From NCBI RefSeq assembly GCF_009914755.1, contig NC_060929.1: a DNA stretch of 64,000 nucleotides, one strand, 5' to 3'. The notes beneath the pieces are model-generated. The model was given only the letters and a program-made list of their open reading frames with translations, searched no databases and was not told the DNA's origin. The DNA comes from the human T2T-CHM13v2.0 reference genome, Homo sapiens. Every line of letters begins with the position of its first letter. Position 1 is the first letter of the stretch. The position numbers were made by a program, and so were the translations under genes. This document shows, piece after piece, positions 17,927 through 31,075 of this stretch.

Positions 17927-18703
17927 GGCACCTCAACTCCAACCACTTGGCCCCTGTCTTACGGATCTAGGTGGTTCCTTGACCTTCCAGACGCAACATT
18001 AGAATATACTAGAATGGATAAATTTTAAATTTCTATCTTAAAAGTTTGGTCAACAAGACTTTGGAATCAGTGCTGCCTTTTTATTTTCATGGTTTCCTAG
18101 ACATTTGTGCCTGGAGGGCACCTCCTGTTTTTAGAAGAATTACATCTGCACAGAATCAGGCCTTTCCATCAATCACAGACCAACCAGAAGTTTCTGCAGC
18201 TCAACTGAGTAACTGGAGCAAGGAGACCATTGATTGAAGCTGGACTATATGGTATAGACACACGTGTTGCTCACTGTCTGCTTGAGAAGGTTCCATGGAG
18301 TGTCAGAAAGCCCCTCCTGTCCCGGCTTTCTCATGTTCATGTGAGACAGAGGACTTTGGAGGCAACATGTAGTTCTTGAGAGTCACAGTCTATGGGATTA
18401 GGAAGTGAAAGCCATTGAGAAGCAACATGTCTGTAACACCAACATTCACCCGACAGTCAAAAGTCGTTGGTACAGGGAGCATGTAGGAAGTAGGAAAAAA
18501 CAAGATAGAATTTTATTTACTTTCCTGCAGAGACCATAAACTGGTTCCAAAACCAAGTCAACTTGGGGCTAGTAGCCCCTTTCCTTTACTCAAAAAAGCT
18601 CCTAGACTTATTTAATCATGAGACAATGGGAGCTCAAGTTTCATTCTAACTATTCAGCAAGAAATTTGGGGTCTTATGATGTATTCAATATAGTCTAGTG
18701 AAA

Positions 18704-19000
18704 GGCAGACGCGGTGGCTCATGCCTGTAATCCCAGCCCTTTGGGAGGCCAAGGCTGGTGGAACACTTGAGGTCAGGAGCCCGAGACCAGCCTGGCCAAC
18801 ATGGCAAAACCCTGTCTCTACTAAAAATACAAAAAAAAAAAAAAAAATTAGTGAAGCATGGTGGCGCATGTCTATAGTCCCAGCTACTTGGAGGCTGAGG
18901 CAGGAGAATCGCTTGAATCCAAGAGGCAGAGGTTACAGTGAACCAAGGCCATGCCACAGCGCTGCAGCTTAGGTGACAGAGCAAGACTCTGTCTCAAAAA
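18704..19000 (+). mobile_element. AluS
   Basis: Dimer, long middle A-run. Confidence 0.9.
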
Positions 19001-19074
19001 ATATTTATTTACATATATTGATTTATCTACCTAGAAAGAGAGAGAGACAGAGAGAGGGAGACAGTCTAGTGGAA

Positions 19075-19270
19075 AAAAAGCCTGAAATTCAGTATTAATA
19101 CCTGGATTATTGTCCCAGCTCAGCTCCTGGCTGTGTGACTTTAGACAAGTCACTTGGGCTCTCTGGGACCGTGTTTACATATTTGTTAAATTGGGAGAGC
19201 ACCCAATCATGGCAAGGATACAGTGAGATCATAGATGGAAGAGTGTTGAGAGTGATCTACCCGCTTTACA
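19075..19270. mobile_element. MIR fragment (others at about 10-180, 32030-32130, 46960-47170, 49780-49990, 52600-52800, 53880-54010)
   Basis: GGCTGTGTGACTTTAGACAAGTCACTT..CTCTCTGGGACCGTGTTT..ATTTGTTAAATTGGG core. Confidence 0.6.
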
Positions 19271-19777
19271 GACATCAGGAATAGCTAGCATGCAGCTGGT
19301 GAAAACCGATGTCGACACCTAGAGGAATGGTGTTCCAGCCACAGAGTCCCAGGGTGACCTGGGCAGTGACTCCTATTCTCCCCAGCTGTTCATCCCTCCT
19401 TTGTTAAATCACCAATAACAGCTTTATGCCCAGAGCAGAGGTCCAGAAGCCAGCTCACCCCAGCCCTAAGCCTGGTGTGGGCTGAGCTGGGGCTGTGTCT
19501 TCCTGGAGCCTGGCATCTGCTCACCCGTTCTTATTTCCCAGAGTTCTACTTGACCTGTGGGTAGGTGGGTAGTTCAGATTTGAGCACCACCCTACACAGA
19601 GGGTAAAAACCTGGGAGGCCAGGGCAGGAGTAGATAAAAGAAAGATGAGGAAAGGTGTGAATCAGAGCTCAGAAGGGAAAGAAACCACCCCCTTTGCCAA
19701 AAAGTTGATCATTGTGCAGAGAATACAGGTTCACTGTAGAAAAAAGAAAACAAAGAAGATAAAAACTACTTGTTAGT

Positions 19778-20124
<347 letters not shown>

Positions 20125-20225
20125 TTAGTGTTTTAATGTTTTAGCTATTTTACTTCCTGACTTTTTACACATACACCAATGTGTATATAAATAGAACTTT
20201 AAAAATGGAAAGGGATCATACTCCT

Positions 20226-20425
20226 TAGTGTGCTGTTAAATGTTTAACAAATGGCTGGCAGGGAGGGGCCATCCTGATTTGTAGCATTTGCCAATTTCTG
20301 TGGTGTAAACACTCCCACCATGGCTGGTTTCAAAGTATCAACATGATGTCAACCAGCTTGCAAACTTCCTGAAATTTTAACAATCAGCTCTTGGGAAACA
20401 TCGAGAGCCAACTCCAGCAGGCTGC
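20226..20425. mobile_element. MER63A-like hAT-Blackjack element
   Basis: GTGTGCTGTTAAATGTTTAACAA..CCTGATTTGTAGCATTTGCCAATTTCTGTGGTGTAAACACTCCCACCATGG. Confidence 0.75.
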
Positions 20426-21007
20426 CAACTACATTTTGTTTTCTAATTAGCCTTTCTTCCTCACGCTATAGTACAAACGTCTTCATGCCTAAACTTTTCA
20501 AAAGTTGTCTTTCTCAAATTACTTATTTGAGTCAAAATTGTTTTCCTTTGGGAATCTGGAACCGATTGTAAATACTGTCCTCTAGTTAGAATTTGCCTGT
20601 TTCTCATGTTCCATAGATCCTTGTCTGAGTGGGGAGTGGATCCACACTTTTTTATTAGGTGGCTGGAATAGAGATGTAATTGAAAAAAAAAAAAAGATTA
20701 ATGTGATGCTGCAGAAGCATGTGGCGGCTTGGCAGTTCATTATCTGAGGACGGATTTGACGTAATAGAGACAATTTTCTCCTTTGCAGCTCCTTCTCCTT
20801 GGCCCAGCCAGCTCAGTTCTATACTTGTCACTCATTTCCCTTGGCCTTTCTGATGGAAATTTGTCCCTACTCCAGTCTGCCTGATGAGAGTAGGGCTGCA
20901 ACTGTTTGGCCCAAGTCAAACCTCATAATCAGATCCATGTTTTCCTTGTTGAATGGGAGCTTTGGGAAATTGGAAGGGGAAGAGGGAGTGGAGAGCTGCA
21001 CTCACAG

Positions 21008-21010
<3 letters not shown>

Positions 21011-21052
<42 letters not shown>
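21011..21052. repeat. (GT)21 microsatellite
   Basis: Perfect dinucleotide run. Confidence 0.97.
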
Positions 21053-21054
<2 letters not shown>

Positions 21055-21789
21055 TCATCTCCCACTTGGCTCCAGGGTAATGTGTTGGCCTTCCAACGCT
21101 GGTGGACTGTTAGATCTGTGCTGAGAGCCTAGTAGGTGGAAAAACTTGGTGCCAAAGGTCTCCCACACTGGGCTTTTAATTGCTTTAAAAGAGGCTGAGC
21201 TTTGTGAGCTTCCGGTAACAAACCTGGCTCTCCCGGGCCCTGTGGATTTAGATGGGGAGTTTTGGACTAAGGCTTCATGAGTGTGGCCAGCATGCGTTAG
21301 GTGGACATGGGGGAGGGGCAGTCCACTGTCACAGTAAGAAGGAAAGCCTTGGCCATTCCCACTAGGTCTGAAGCTAGCCAATGGAACAGAAAGGCAAGAA
21401 GTCTGGTTTGGAGTCCTGACAAGAGTGCCAAGCTCAGATTCCTGGAGTGTAAGAGGCAAAGGACAAGGCCTGTGTGAATAAGGGGCCTTCATTGGCGGAG
21501 CCCCTAGGTCTCTGCCGTTCCCTAGGTCATCTTGGACTCCTCCTCTTCTCTATCCCCTTCCCCACTAACCTCATTCCAAGTGGTCACCAAGACCAGTTAA
21601 CTGTGCCTCTGAAATTGTCCAGGATGCCAGCCCCTTCCCCCACCATCCCATTGCCACTCCCCTATCCAGGCAGTCACTGGATCCCATCTGAGCTATGAGG
21701 AACAGTCCTCCAACTGCCTCCCTGCCCTGTGGTCTCACTCAGTGCACAGACATCCTTTCGGGTCCCTACCCTACTCCCCATACATTGTG

Positions 21790-22147
<358 letters not shown>

Positions 22148-22259
22148 TAATTTTTTTTTTTGTATTCTTGGTAGAGACAGGGTTTCACCATGTTGGCCAG
22201 GCTGGTCTTGAATCCCTGGTCTCAGGTGATCTGCCTGCCTTGGCCTCCCAAAGTGCTAG

Positions 22260-24080
22260 TGAGGGGTGACAACGTGCTGGCGGCCCTCACTCACTCTCAG
22301 CACCTCCTCGGCCTCAGGCGTTCACTCTGGCCACACTTGAGGAGCCCTTCAGCCCACCGCTGCACTGTGGGAGCCCCTCTCTGGGCTGGCCGAGCCTGGA
22401 GCCGGCTCCCTCTGCTTGCTGGGAGGTGTGGAGGGAGAGGTGCGGCCAGGAACCGGGGCTGTGCACTGGCGCTCGCAGGACAGCGCGAGTTCCGGGTGGG
22501 CACGGGCTCGGCAGGCCCGCACTCGGAGTGGCTGGCAGGTGCCACTGGCCCCGGGCAGTGAGGGGCTTAGCACCCAGGCCAGCAGCTGCAGAGGGGGCGC
22601 CAGGTCCCCCAGCACTGCCGGCCCGCCCGCACTGTGCTTGAATTCTCGCCAGGCCTCAGCCGCCTCCCTGCGGGGCAGGGCTCCGAACCTGCAGCCCGCC
22701 ATGCCTGAACCCCCCTCCCCTCGCCCCACCCCACCCCGTGGGCTCCCACGTGTCCGGAGCCTCCCCGACGGGCGCCGCCCCCTGCTCCATGGCGCCTGGG
22801 CCCATCGACCATCCAAGGGCTGAGGGGTGCAGGTGCGTGGCATGGGACTGGCGGGCAGCTCTGCCCTTATGGCCCCCACGCGGGATCCACTAGATGAAGC
22901 CAGCTGGGCTCCTGAGTCAGGTGGGGACTTGGAGAACTTTTATGCCTAGCCAGAGGATTGTATATGCACCAATCAGCACCCTGTGTCTAGCTCAGGGTTT
23001 GTGGATGCACCAATCAGCACTCTGTATCTAGCTAATCTGGTGGGGACTTGGAGAACTTTTATGTCTAGCTAAAGGATTGTAAATGCACCAATCAACACTC
23101 TGTGTCTAGCTTGGGGTTGGTGGATGCACCAATCAGCACTCTGTATCTAGCTAATCTGGTGGGGACTTGGAGAACTTTTATGTCTAGCTAAAGGATTGTA
23201 AATTCACCAATCAACACTCTGTGTCTAGCTAAAGGTTTATAAACACACCAATCAGTGCTCTGTGTCTAGCTAATCTGGTGGGGACTTGGAGAACTTTTAT
23301 GTCTAGCTGTAGGATTATAAATGTACCAGTGAGCACTCTGTGTCTAGCTCGGGGATTGTAAACGCACCAATCAGCATTCTGGGTCTAGCTAAAGGTTTGT
23401 AAATGCACCAATCAGTGCTCTGTGTCTAGCTAATCTAGTGGGGACTTGGGGAACTTTTACGTCTAGCTGGAGGATTGTAAATACACCAATCAGCACTCTG
23501 TGTCTAGCTCAGGGATTGTAAACACACCAATGAGCACCCTGTCAAAACGGACCAATCAGCTCTCTGTAAAATGGACCATTCAGCAGGATGTGGGTGGGGC
23601 CAGGTAAGGGAATAAAAGCAGGTTGTCCCAGCCAGCAGTGGCAAGAGGCTCGGGTCCCCTTCCACACTGTGGAAGCTTTGTTCTTTCGCTCTTTGTAATA
23701 AATCTTGCTGCTGCTCACTCTTTGGGTCTGCACTGCCTTTATGAGCTGTAACACTCACCGCGAAGGTCTGCAGCTTCACTCCTGAGGCCAGCGAGACCAG
23801 GAACCCACTGGGAGGAATGAACAACTCTGGACGGGAGGAACGAACAACTCCAGATGTGCCGCTTTAAGAGCTGTAACACTCACCATGAAGGTCTGCAGCT
23901 TCACTCCTGAAGCCAGCGAGACCATGAACCCACCAGCAGGAAGAAACTCCGAACACGTCCGAACGTCAGAAGGAACAAATTCCGGACATACCGTCTTTAG
24001 GAACTTTAACACTCACCGGGAGGGTCCACGGCTTCATTGTTGAAGTCAGTGAGACCAAGAACCCACCAATTCCGGACACA
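22260..24080 (+). mobile_element. LTR12-family (ERV9) solo LTR, LTR12C/E-like, inserted within an Alu
   Basis: Begins TGAGGGGTGACAACGTGCTGG and ends AACCCACCAATTCCGGACACA. GC-rich 5' part, CCAAT tandem array, AATAAAA box at 23611, AATAAA at 23697, U5 repeats. 4-bp TSD CTAG/CTGG. Confidence 0.93.
22921..23560 (+). repeat. LTR12 U3 enhancer tandem array (about 40-bp subunits, 119-bp higher-order unit)
   Basis: GTGGGGACTTGG at 22921, 23040, 23159, 23278, 23438; 11 intact CCAAT boxes. Confidence 0.9.
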
Positions 24081-24699
24081 CTGGGATTACAGGTGTGAGC
24101 CACCGCACCCAGCCACATGGTGTTTTTAAATCAGTAAAGTAATAAATGTTCACAAGCATTTAGAAGATCTAGATATTTAAAGGTGAAAAACTACTCATAG
24201 ATCTCCTTTCCTGAGATGAAAACCGTCATTTTAGTGAATATCCTTCAAAGACTTTGCATATCAATTTCATTTTTAAAAATGAAAACAAAACTACTTTGTA
24301 ACCTACTTTCTCCTCACATATTATGGCAAACATTTTCTCATATACTTTTCTAAAATGAAACCACAAATCTGGTTATATCTCTCTCTTGCTTAAAAAAAAT
24401 TAAACCACCAATAACCAAAACCCATTACCTATGTGACAGAAGTCAAACTCCATGTGCACTCTGCCCCAAACTACACCTGTACACTAACTCCCAGCCCCAC
24501 CACTGCACACACCCTGCACTGCGCACACCCTCCACACCAGCCCTCCTTGCCTGTTGCATCAACATACCACCTGCATGTTTACCTTCAGGATTCCACAGGA
24601 CTGGGCTTGTGTAAATGACTTCTATCACCCCCAATTCCACCTAGTGAATTCTGCCATCCTTTAACGTTATTTATGTAGCTGTCCCTAGGAAAATTGTGA

Positions 24700-25006
<307 letters not shown>

Positions 25007-26029
25007 AAAAATTGGGAATCTCTTGAAGCCAAAAACAGAACCTGTTCAGTTTGTATTTTTAGCAATTTGTGGTAATGCCTGGCACGGGGTAGTGGGCACT
25101 CAGTAAATATTTAGGGAATGAATTGGCCTCAGTTTGGTATGCCTGTTCTCATCTCCTTGGCAGCTTCACGTGTTCGTTTTTATTAGTGTCCATGATTAAT
25201 CTGTATTGTATTTTCTTGCCCACTTTGGCTGTGTTTCTGTCTTGCTGTGCTGGAATAAGCACTCCTGAACTGGAGCCATTCACTGCTTTAGTTGTGTCTT
25301 CGCTAGAGGATTGAAGACGTCGCCAGTTTCTGGTGGCTTTACTGTACCCCTTAGAAGCCCTGAGAAGCAAGCTCACTTTTCCAGAGTCAATAGTCCAGAG
25401 TCAAGCCTCCAGCCCTCTTCTGAAGAGTTGACTTAATGGGTTTATGGAACTGCATGAAATGGGAGAAGCAGCATTGGTAGAAAGTTTGCAGAGTGGGAGT
25501 TCTACCCTTGGAGCCTGGGGACGAGCTCAATAGTCACTGGAGGGGAAGGCGGCAGGAAAAGTCAAGCACGTGAGAGTGGGGTGGGGGGTGGAGTCGGCAC
25601 AGGAATCTATCCATGGGCTGTGGGATTCTGCGCCTTAAGGATGCCGGGGGGCTTCAGCCTCTGCCTTTGCTTGTGTTCCAAAGTTAAGTTCACAAGGCAG
25701 TTCAAACACCTTGTGCTTTTTCTTGTGGTTCTGAGAATGTTTAAATATGGAGGTTTTGCCAGAAGGAGGAGTAAGTTTATTTTTGATATTTCATCAACAA
25801 ACATTAAAGTAGAGCATTTTTATTCAAAGTCAAAGAAAAGCGAAAGCCAGTGTCTATAGAGAAATAATGATGAGCACATTTCTGCCCTCTGGGATAGAAA
25901 TAAAGACAGGTAGATCCACTTTTATTGCTGCGAATCTCAGAAGTTTAAATTTGCATGTCTGTCTTAGACATTTCCTTTTAATATACAGCTCCAAGCACAG
26001 AAGCACACATATAACAGGATGTTTTCAAG

Positions 26030-26460
26030 AGGCTGGTTACAAAAACCCACCCCAAACCGGCTTCAGCAGGAAGGATATTCAGTGGTTCCGCGGTGTCCTC
26101 AGGGTCCCAATCTCATTTTCCCTCTCACTCTGTGATCCCCAGGATTAAGCTTCATTTAGGCTGGAGCAGGGTAGCAGCAGCAGTTCCAGGCGTGTCACTG
26201 AGAGCTGATAACATCCAGAGGAAGAAGAGAGACTATCACATCTCAGCACTTTGTCTTAGGAGCAAGGCAACATTCTCCAGAAGATTCTAGAAGGCGTCAC
26301 CTCATGTCTCATTTCCCAGTGTTGGGTCACCTGCTCATTCCTGAAACCCTGCTGCAAGGGGAGGATGTCACTTACACCACCGATCAGTTAGGCCCTTCTT
26401 TAAAGCTGAGGCCCCTGATGGGTGGAGGAGGATGGTTGAATCCTTACACAAAAACTGGGA
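26030..26460. mobile_element. Old MaLR LTR (MLT1K/L-like)
   Basis: ACAAAAACCCACCCCAAACCGGCTT, GCAGCAGTTCCAGGC..AACATCCAGAGGAAGAAGAGAGAC, TTGGGTCACCTGCTCATTCCTGAA. Confidence 0.5.
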
Positions 26461-26464
26461 TTCA

Positions 26465-26860
<396 letters not shown>

Positions 26861-27517
26861 TTAGAACTGGTCACCAACTCTATACTTCAATGTGTTAGCT
26901 GCTTAAATTCATTCAAATAAAGTCTTACCCAGAAGCATAAGCAAATGAAACTAATAGAATCAGAGCAGCTGTGTTTAAATGCTGTACGTAGTCCTAGGAT
27001 CATGATTTGAAAATCACTGGTGGATTACTTCTTGTAATTACTTCAAACATTTTTCTATTTCTGATCTTTTCTTTCTGTTCCTGATCTTCTTTCATCCTTA
27101 TAACACAGTTGTATAATGTGAGACAGACGTCTCATTTTGTCAGTGCCTATTTCAGGAGGTCAGTTGGCCAGAGGGGACTACTATTTACAGGGTTTGGGCG
27201 AATAGAGGCATTTAGGGAAGGCAGCTGGGCTGTGAGGAGCAGATTTGGGCATATGAGACCAGAGCCTGAGATAACAGGGGGCCAGGAAGAGAAGTTCCTC
27301 CAAGTCAGGTGATGAGCTGTGATCCCAGGTCTGACTCATTCACTCTATGCCGGCACAGTGTGGGTGGCCGTGGCCCATGGGTGCTATCTGCATTCAGGAA
27401 GAAGTGAAAGGCCTGTTGAGGCAGGGTAGGGGTGCCGGCTGGGATTCCATATGTCACAAAGGCAGACAGACATGCAGGTCACAGACTCTGAGAGCTTCAT
27501 TTTGGGGTGGGGTAGAG

Positions 27518-27740
27518 TAGGGTTACCACATAAAATACCAGACAGTTTAATTTGAATTTCAGATAAACAATGAATAATATTTTAGTATAAATATGTCCCA
27601 GCTATTACATGGGACATACCTACATTAAGATATACTACAATATTTGGAGCATACTTATATTAAAACATTATTTCTTGTTTTCAGAAATTCATTTTTAACT
27701 GGGAGCTATACATTCTTATTTGCTGAATCTTACAACCCTA
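27518..27740. mobile_element. MER53 palindromic hAT MITE
   Basis: TIRs TAGGGTTACCA / TTACAACCCTA; TTTGAATTTCAGATAAACAA..TTTTAGTATAAATATGTCCCA..TGGGACATAC..CAGAAATTCATTTTTAACTGGG. Confidence 0.85.
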
Positions 27741-27889
27741 CATGGGTGGGAAATGAGGAGTCTCCGGAGACATTAGGATGTTAAAATTAACCTTCTTCCT
27801 GTGGTCCCAGTCTCAGTCATGCAGGAGTTGGCACCTCTTGTTCTAATTGATCAATAGTTTCCAGGACCATGTTATACCAGTTACCCAAA

Positions 27890-28036
27890 ACACTCATTAC
27901 AAGTACAGGTATCTGCTCGCTACCACCACCCCCAGGTCTTGGGAATCAGAATCTCTAAGGATTGGATCTGGATCTAGCGTATCTTTAAGAAGCCCAGATG
28001 ATTCTGGGGTTCAGGCTGGCTTGGAAAGACCACTTT
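27890..28036. mobile_element. MER5-like hAT-Charlie fragment
   Basis: GAATCAGAATCTCT..TTTAAGAAGCCCAGATGATTCTG..TTGGAAAGACCACT. Confidence 0.55.
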
Positions 28037-28039
28037 AGA

Positions 28040-28344
28040 TTTTTTTTTTTTTTTTTTTTTTTGAGAAAGAGTGTTGCGCTATCACCCAGGCTGGAGTGAA
28101 GTGGCACGATCTCGGCTTACCACAATCTCTGCCTCCCAGGTTCAAGCAACTCTCCTGCCTCAGCCTCCCGAGTAGCTGTGATTACAGGTGCCTGCCACCA
28201 CACCCGGGTAATTTTTGTATTTTTAGTAGAGACGGGGTTTCACCATGTTGGCCAGGCTGCTTTTGAACTCCTGATCTCAAGTGATCAGCCTGCCTCAGCC
28301 CCACAAAGTGCTGGGATTACAGGCGTGAGCCACCGTGCCTGGCC
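28040..28344 (-). mobile_element. AluS
   Basis: Reverse dimer; TSD ACCACTTTA. Confidence 0.92.
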
Positions 28345-29956
28345 ACCACTTTAAATTTTAAGTTCCCAAAGGTGAGGACTTTTATTTAAAGTTGGTTTAA
28401 ACTTTATTTTAGATGAAGTTGGTTTAAACTTTATTTTAGATAAAGTTGGTTTAAACTTGATTTATTGCACTCAATAAATATTTGCTGGATGAATGAATGA
28501 TTTCTGCCTGAGGAGTCATTCCTCACTGGCTTAACCAGTGTTTATCTTGTGGAACTTGGGAACACCAGAAGCATGCACGCGTCTTTCTTTCCATTTTTTT
28601 TTCTGGTCTTAAGACTCGTGGGAAAGGACTTGGGTGGAAGGTGTCATGGAGAGAGCCTTGGAGAACACGGGAGGGAAGGATGAGGACAGGACTGGGCAGG
28701 AGAGCACCTGAGCTTGCCAGGCAGGGGGCTAGAGCATCCGCATCGGGGAAGGAGGCCAAGTTTTTAATCACCTCCTCAGGCGAGAAGACTTGAGATTTCA
28801 AGTTGAGAACAAGTCTTCGGTTATTTTCACATAGTTTCTTTAGTGTCTCACTTGGCACAGTCTGCGTGCTCAGCATCACAAAGAGATTGATACTGAACTT
28901 GGAGTCGTCCAACCAGGGTGCTTAAAGTATGTTGGAAATGCTTCAGTGGAACCTGGTGGGTGGCAGGTAATGGCCATTTTGCTAATCTTGGTAATTCCCC
29001 AGATCGGCAGCGTGCCTGAGAGTGTCTATTTCCTATAGCACCTCCCTCTGAGGCCTCAGCAATGGAAACATTAGACTCCTGTCCTAAATGTACCCAACCG
29101 TCTACATTTCCCCTGTGGAGATGTGCCCTTGTGCCTATGTTGTCTCTAATACAAAGAAGTTTTATTTTTTTCCCGCTTCCAATTTCCTGGAGAAAGGCTT
29201 TGCTTAATGGATGAGAACCTGCCTTCCAATCTGCAGGGAGTTTTTGCCGAGTGACGTCATGGACACATAGTGCTCTGACTGTCACTGAGTCTCCGGTCCC
29301 CTCTCAATCTGTTCCCTCATCTGTGGCACTGGGACGCTGCCACAGGGCCTCAGGGCTCTGGGAAATGCAGGAGCTGTCTGGAAATTCAGAGCATAAGGCT
29401 CCTCGGTAGGGCTCCAGGTCAAGAGTGGAAAAAAGAACATGAAATCCCGGCTTTGCTTGTGACTTTAGTTCTGTCCCTCCCGTCCTCACCTCCTGCAGGC
29501 ATTCACAGACACCATTCTGAGCACATCAAAACTGCCTGTGAGTGCCCCACATGGCCACTTTGCTAGCTCCTGTAGTTACACTAAATCCAGAGGTGTCCTC
29601 GGGACCTGGGGCAATAGTGAGGTCCCTTCTTCGCAGCCCCGAACTTAGACATAAGGAAGTCAAGTTTTTATTTTGAGAATTAAACTAGTAAATACAACAT
29701 ACAGGGTTGGATAGCCAGTCTCCAAGTTTCCAAGGTAAGACATTGTCCTTGAATGCACGTAGAAAACAAACATCAAATCACAGTGATCTTGTGGAGGATG
29801 GACTGAAATCGGATTGTGCTTGTAATTCAGAGATCAGAAATCATTACTTATTGATGTCATAATGTGCACTTTGGAGAAAGTGGGTATGAATAGAAGGGGG
29901 GTGGTCAGTGCAAAACAGGGACAAAAACTCTAAGAGTAAGAAGTTAGTGATGCCTG

Positions 29957-30327
<371 letters not shown>

Positions 30328-30682
30328 CTACAGTGTGGGAGAGGGAGTGCCTGAAGCTACCTGAGCTAGAGCCCTTCCTGTACTCACCTGGGTCTCCTTA
30401 GTCCAAGTTTGCCTTTGCAGCATCCTGCCTTCAGGGTAAGCATGCATTGATTACGTGGATGCAAACATCCTGCCCACTTAGTAATTGTCTTTCCAATTGA
30501 AAATGAATGAATGAGCTTTCTTGCTGGTAACTGTATGTTTACACATGAGAAATAGATGCCCTTGCAATGTGCTGACAGAATTCATGTTTCCGAGCCTTAG
30601 AACCTGAAGACATGGATGGTAGGAAGTTCACCAAGGTCAGGGTCACCTTGTGGCACCTCCCTGGCAGTGACCTTTCCCAGCC

Positions 30683-31075
30683 CATATATATATGTCATAT
30701 ATATTATATATTTATATATATAAATATATATTTCCCATATATATGTCATATATATTATATATATATACATACATATATAAATATATTGAGACAGGGTCTC
30801 ACTCTGTCACCCAGGCTGGAGTGCGGTGGTATGAGCATATCTCTCACTGCAGCCTTAAACTACTGGGCTCAAGAGATCCTGCCATGTCAGCCTCCCGGGT
30901 AGCTGGAACCACAGGTGTGCAGCACCAGACCCAGCTAATTTTTCAATCTTTTCTAGACACAGGGTCTCGCCATGTTGCCCCGGCTGCTCTTGAATTCCTG
31001 GGCTCAAGTGATCCTCCTGCCTCAGCCTCCCAAAGTGCTAGGATTACAGGCATGAGCTACTGCACCCTGCCCAGC
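30683..31075 (-). mobile_element. AluJ with (TA)n-rich tail
   Basis: Reverse J-type dimer preceded by a TA-rich tract at 30683-30787. Confidence 0.88.

Noticed and set aside
22190-22879. Overlapping 70-176 aa GC-rich ORFs on both strands
   Set aside because: They lie in the GC-rich U3 of LTR12, where stops are scarce by composition; no protein similarity recognised
22921-23560. CRISPR-like regularly spaced repeats
   Set aside because: The intervening sequences are themselves repeats; this is the known LTR12 enhancer array in eukaryotic DNA, with no cas genes
28523-29285. Two adjacent minus-strand ORFs (129 and 145 aa) in unique sequence
   Set aside because: Non-ATG starts, no recognisable domain or splice structure; consistent with chance
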